A stretch of DNA of 64,000 bases, taken from NCBI GenBank assembly GCA_964427715.1, contig CAYRUV010000003.1:9837-73836 (forward strand), written 5' to 3'. Shown piece after piece: positions 60,737-64,000 of the stretch. A program made the position numbers and the translations under genes. This stretch comes from an uncultured archaeon. Its GTDB lineage: Archaea > Iainarchaeota > Iainarchaeia > Iainarchaeales > VGJJ01. The notes beneath the pieces are model-generated. The model saw only the letters and a program-made list of their open reading frames with translations, was not told the origin of the DNA and did no database searches. The first letter of the stretch is position 1, and each line of letters opens with the position of its first letter.

Positions 60737-61396
60737 TCACTTCCCTTCCTGGGCATCCGTATTAGCTGCAGCGGCAGCGTCGGGATTGACCGGTTTTTCT
60801 TCAACTTCGCCGCGCAACAGGGATTCCGTTCCTTCGGGCTCCCCACGTGCTTCGGCGAATTCCTTCTCTAATTGTTTCTTATCCTTGGTAACCGCTTGAG
60901 GGTTCGTCAATACCATGGGGGTTCCATGATAGGCAATGCTGGCTTCCTCGTCCTTCGTGACCATGTACGAAGGCACGGTCACCTTGGTTCCGCCCACGGC
61001 AATGTGTCCGTGCGTGATGAATTGTCGGGACTGCTTGACCGTCTGGGCGAGGTGCTTTCTCCACACAATCGTTTGGAGTCGTCGTTCCAGGAAGGATTCG
61101 ACGTTCAATGAGAGGACTTCACTCAGCGAGGGCTTTCCGCGCATGATTCCCATTCGAACCAACGAGTCGAGCAATTCTTTTTCCTTCTCCACACGCTGTT
61201 CCACCGGCAATGCGAGGATTTTCTTGGCGTTGCTACGCTTCATGCGCACAAAGGCATCGACGCGTCGCAATTCTCGCTTGTTTCGAAGACCATACGTTTC
61301 GCGGAGTTCGCGTTCGCTGTCCAAGAGCTTCTTGTCCCAAGGCTTCTTGGGGGTTCCATACATTTTTCGTGCGAATTTCGGGTCACCCATAAACAT
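60737..61396 (-). CDS. rps4: 30S ribosomal protein S4 (uS4) with an acidic/Ala-rich C-terminal extension
   Basis: GDPKFARKMYGTPKKPWDK...YGLRNKRELRR...RRLQTIVWR...HGHIAVGG (S4 domain), plus about 50 extra residues. Confidence 0.95.
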   Translation of the reverse strand: MFMGDPKFARKMYGTPKKPWDKKLLDSERELRETYGLRNKRELRRVDAFVRMKRSNAKKILALPVEQRVEKEKELLDSLVRMGIMRGKPSLSEVLSLNVESFLERRLQTIVWRKHLAQTVKQSRQFITHGHIAVGGTKVTVPSYMVTKDEEASIAYHGTPMVLTNPQAVTKDKKQLEKEFAEARGEPEGTESLLRGEVEEKPVNPDAAAAANTDAQEGK

Positions 61397-61402
61397 TCAC
61401 CT

Positions 61403-61912
61403 TTACTTCTTTTTCTCCGGAGCGGCGGCGGGCTTTGCAGCGGGCTTGGCTTCGACTTTCTTCTCGACTCCGACCGTGGATCCCTTGTGTCGTCCAGCCG
61501 TTCGGGTGCGCTGTCCTCTAACGGTGAGTCCGAGCGAGTGTCGGATTCCCTTGTAGGACTTGACCTTTCGCATCGTCTGCATGTCGTTTCGGATGGCGAA
61601 ATCAAGTTCGTTGACAACCAAGTGAGTGGACTGTCCCTCCACGGCGCGTCGGCGATTGAGCATCCACTCAGGCAATCCATGCTTGGCGGGGTGCAAGACA
61701 ATGTCTTCCAACTTCAAGTCCATGTCTTCCGTGAGGCTTCCTAACGGAGTGGTGAAAGGAACGTGGTGTTCCTTCTGGAATTGATAGGCAATCACGCGGG
61801 CGGTTCGGATTCCGATTCCCTTAATCCCCGTGAGGGCGCGATAAATAGGTTTATTCCCATTCAAGTCGCGGCTTGCGATACGTACAAAATAACGGTGTTC
61901 AGCCATGGTCAT
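61403..61912 (-). CDS. rps13: 30S ribosomal protein S13 (uS13)
   Basis: RIASRDLNGNKPIYRALTGIKGIGIRTARVI...YKGIRHSLGLTVRGQRTRT. Confidence 0.95.
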   Translation of the reverse strand: MTMAEHRYFVRIASRDLNGNKPIYRALTGIKGIGIRTARVIAYQFQKEHHVPFTTPLGSLTEDMDLKLEDIVLHPAKHGLPEWMLNRRRAVEGQSTHLVVNELDFAIRNDMQTMRKVKSYKGIRHSLGLTVRGQRTRTAGRHKGSTVGVEKKVEAKPAAKPAAAPEKKK

Positions 61913-61920
61913 TCATCCCC

Positions 61921-62148
61921 TTATTCCTTGAGTGCCTCGATTAGGTCTTTCTTCGTGTAGCCCGCTGAGAGTCCCACTTTCTGGGTGGTGGGCATCAGGT
62001 GCGCGATGTTGACGCGTCCCTTTTTCGTCAAGAGTCCTTCGACGATGGCAAACCCTTTCGTGGCTTTTTCGACCACGATGACTTTGCTTCCGGCGTCCCT
62101 TCCATGCGTCTTGTAACACACTCTTCCAATCGTAAAAATTTCACTCAT
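61921..62148 (-). CDS. rpl14e: 50S ribosomal protein L14e (eL14)
   Basis: MSEIFTIGRVCYKTHGRDAGSKVIVVEKATKGFAIVEG (KOW). Start at Met78 of the track ORF. ATGA overlap with the L34e stop. Confidence 0.9.
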   Translation of the reverse strand: MSEIFTIGRVCYKTHGRDAGSKVIVVEKATKGFAIVEGLLTKKGRVNIAHLMPTTQKVGLSAGYTKKDLIEALKE

Positions 62149-62486
62149 GCGCTCACCTTCTTGTCGAGCTGCAACACATACTGTTTGACTGTCAAGTCCA
62201 AATCGCCCAACGATTTGACTCCCGCTTTCACCTTGACGGCTTCCAATGTAACCATGCTTCGGCAAGATCCGCACAAAATTCCAGCGAATGCTCCGGTGGG
62301 TCGCTTGGCGGACTTGGAGGTGCGCTTGGTTTCCGAAGACGTTTTTCCGTGCGTGACACCGTGGAGTTGCTTGTCGCACAGGGCGCAGCGCAGCTTGGCG
62401 TGCTTCTTCGTAACATTAATCATGCGTGTGCCTTTAGCACTTTTTCGGAAAGACCGTAGTTTTCTTCGTTCGGATTTATTGGGCAT
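62145..62486 (-). CDS. rpl34e: 50S ribosomal protein L34e (eL34)
   Basis: LRCALCDKQLHGV...RPTGAFAGILCGSCR zinc-ribbon pattern of eL34. Confidence 0.9.
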   Translation of the reverse strand: MPNKSERRKLRSFRKSAKGTRMINVTKKHAKLRCALCDKQLHGVTHGKTSSETKRTSKSAKRPTGAFAGILCGSCRSMVTLEAVKVKAGVKSLGDLDLTVKQYVLQLDKKVSA

Positions 62487-62985
62487 GTTTCATTCCTTCG
62501 TTTTGGTTTTGCGTGTGATGAGCGTGATTTGTTTCTTTTTCCTTTTTTTCGTGGTACCAATTCATGACGTGATTGACGAACAGTGATATGATCAGGGAGC
62601 ACAGGAGATAGTACCAGAACCAATCCACCTGCGGCCACACCCAACTGAATGGGGGGAAGAAGGGGAGTTGTTTTCCGTCGTACACCTGGTGGACCAGCGC
62701 GAACAGGGGGAGAAATACAATCATGTTGGCGATCATCATCTTGGGCATGTTCTTCATGCTGGCGGTGGTGATTTCCATCATTTCTTTTTGTACCTTTTCC
62801 GTTTCCTGTGGGTCTGCTTTTCCTCCTTGTGACATCAGCTCCTTGTATCGTTTGTTGACTTCCTGCATTTTCTTCTGGCTTCTTCGGACTTCCTTTCGAT
62901 CCGTGAGTACGGTTTGGAGGACTTGGCTGATGACCGCAAATCCTGCGGAAATCAACACCAAATCCATTGCCGGGCTCAGGAACAT
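62476..62985 (-). CDS. DUF106 / EMC3-TMCO1-like membrane protein (archaeal YidC/Oxa1-like insertase candidate)
   Basis: TM1, a long basic coiled coil (RRSQKKMQEVNKRYKEL...), MPKMMIANMIVFLPLF and FPPFSWVW, plus its conserved position next to secY. Confidence 0.8.
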   Translation of the reverse strand: MFLSPAMDLVLISAGFAVISQVLQTVLTDRKEVRRSQKKMQEVNKRYKELMSQGGKADPQETEKVQKEMMEITTASMKNMPKMMIANMIVFLPLFALVHQVYDGKQLPFFPPFSWVWPQVDWFWYYLLCSLIISLFVNHVMNWYHEKKEKETNHAHHTQNQNEGMKHAQ

Positions 62986-63099
62986 AGGATAAAGGCCGAA
63001 TAACCCGTTTTTTCCATTCGCAGGAAAGGGTTTCCTAACCCAATCCCCCTGGGGAATGTTTTAAAACGTTGGTTGGTTTTCGGCTCATTTTTCACCCCT

Positions 63100-64000
63100 T
63101 TATTTCTCTCCGAAGAAGGCTTTGAGGGCCGGGTGCATGTCCATGAGCTGCGCCTTGGCCAATTCTTCGTATAATCGATAAACAATACCACATGCCAATA
63201 GGACCCCGGTTCCGGAGACCAGCGAGGCCACCGTGATGTCCGATAACCCTGCTAAGAGAGCCACGAAAATGGATCCCAGGATGGTGACGTGTGGAATATA
63301 GCGATCGAGGACCTTCTGCATGATTCGAGGGTCGCGTCGGAAGCCGGGAATAGACATTCCGCTTCGGTCCAATTGCTCGGAGACCGCCTTGCTTCCTTGT
63401 CCGCCTAACTCAATCCAGAATCGACCGAAGACGATACAGACGAGGACGAGGAGGATGAGGTAGCTGATGGCCTGGAGAATCTCAACGCCAGTCGTGGAGG
63501 TAACTCCTAACGTGAGGAGTCCTTCCACCAATGAAAAGCTTCCCCCCACACGTGGAGCAGTGGTCGCCCACGACAGTCCAGCGAAGAATTCCTTGACGAA
63601 CGGTACGCCTTGCACGAGCGAGGCCCACAGGTGGATGTTGGCAAATAGCGCCGCGGCGAGGATGACGGGCATATTACTCACATAGAGGAATTTCACCGGA
63701 AATCGTCCACCCGCACCACTCTGTCCCATGGCAATGGGAATGTTCACGTGCATTCCTTCCGCAAACACCACCACCAAGAAAATCAAAATGACGAAGAGGA
63801 TGGGGATAAATCCCACAAATGCAGCATAGGCGTTTCCTTCAATGAGGGATTGGAACACCGTGAAGATTCGTCCGGCGCTCCCAAACTGATCGGCGGGTCG
63901 GAAGACCTGCCAGAAGAATCCTTGGGCGACTCCTCCCGCAATGAACAATCCGATTCCGGATCCGATTCCCCACTTGGAAACCAATTCATCCAAGTACAAC
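63100..64000 (-). CDS. secY: Preprotein translocase subunit SecY (C-terminal about 300 aa; N-terminus outside the window)
   Basis: GIGSGIGLFIAGGVA..., MPVILAAALFANI, GMSIPGFRRDPR and LLACGIVYRLYEEL. The frame stays open to the window edge. Confidence 0.93.
   Translation of the reverse strand, partial: LYLDELVSKWGIGSGIGLFIAGGVAQGFFWQVFRPADQFGSAGRIFTVFQSLIEGNAYAAFVGFIPILFVILIFLVVVFAEGMHVNIPIAMGQSGAGGRFPVKFLYVSNMPVILAAALFANIHLWASLVQGVPFVKEFFAGLSWATTAPRVGGSFSLVEGLLTLGVTSTTGVEILQAISYLILLVLVCIVFGRFWIELGGQGSKAVSEQLDRSGMSIPGFRRDPRIMQKVLDRYIPHVTILGSIFVALLAGLSDITVASLVSGTGVLLACGIVYRLYEELAKAQLMDMHPALKAFFGEK

Noticed and set aside
60305-61556. 188-aa, 110-aa and 206-aa plus-strand ORFs across the S11, S4 and S13 genes.
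   Set aside because: They are antisense shadows of universally conserved ribosomal protein genes.

Overview
The window is an archaeal chromosomal segment. Evidence: family-B DNA polymerase, type-2 methionine aminopeptidase, deoxyhypusine synthase, RNA polymerase subunits D and N, r-proteins L18e/L14e/L34e, a DUF106 insertase, SecY, and a tRNA-Tyr with a C1-G72 pair. Lineage cannot be fixed from sequence alone.

I support about 90 protein-coding genes and nine scattered intron-less tRNA genes: Tyr-GTA, Pro-TGG, Thr-TGT, Glu-CTC, CAT (Met or Ile2), Thr-GGT, His-GTG, Arg-GCG and Leu-TAA. None encodes a 3' CCA. I saw no rRNA, CRISPR array, transposase or integrase.

The right end (57.1-64 kb, minus strand) is the conserved ribosomal/RNA polymerase superoperon in a compacted form: secY, DUF106, L34e, L14e, S13, S4, S11, rpoD, tRNA-Leu, L18e, L13, S9, rpoN, S2. 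The usual adk, cmk, rpoK and eno genes are absent from their positions.

The rest mixes several classes:
- Housekeeping genes: hisS, purF, polB, map, dys, tsaC-like, cyclophilin.
- DNA-repair genes: mutY, family-4 UDG, AlkD-like, DenV-like, DinB-like.
- Many small bacterial-type DUF or stress genes.
- Envelope redox modules.
- Many secreted or membrane orphans.

Gene starts show two geometries: GGAGGT-type Shine-Dalgarno sites (often with ATGA or TAATG stop-start overlaps), and leaderless starts with a TATA box centred about 26 nt upstream of the ATG.

The most interesting unexplained loci are:
- A six-gene module (51.7-55.4 kb) around a HerA/DUF87-like protein that has lost both Walker motifs.
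- Two divergent tandem paralogues flanking tRNA-Thr (40.9-42.4 kb), next to a 630-nt gap holding only ultra-basic micro-ORFs.
- A PadR gene whose frame is broken at a T7 run, beside twin operator-like palindromes.
- A 453-nt stretch (34.2-34.7 kb) whose coding status I could not resolve.

All functional calls rest on motif recognition by eye. No database search was run.
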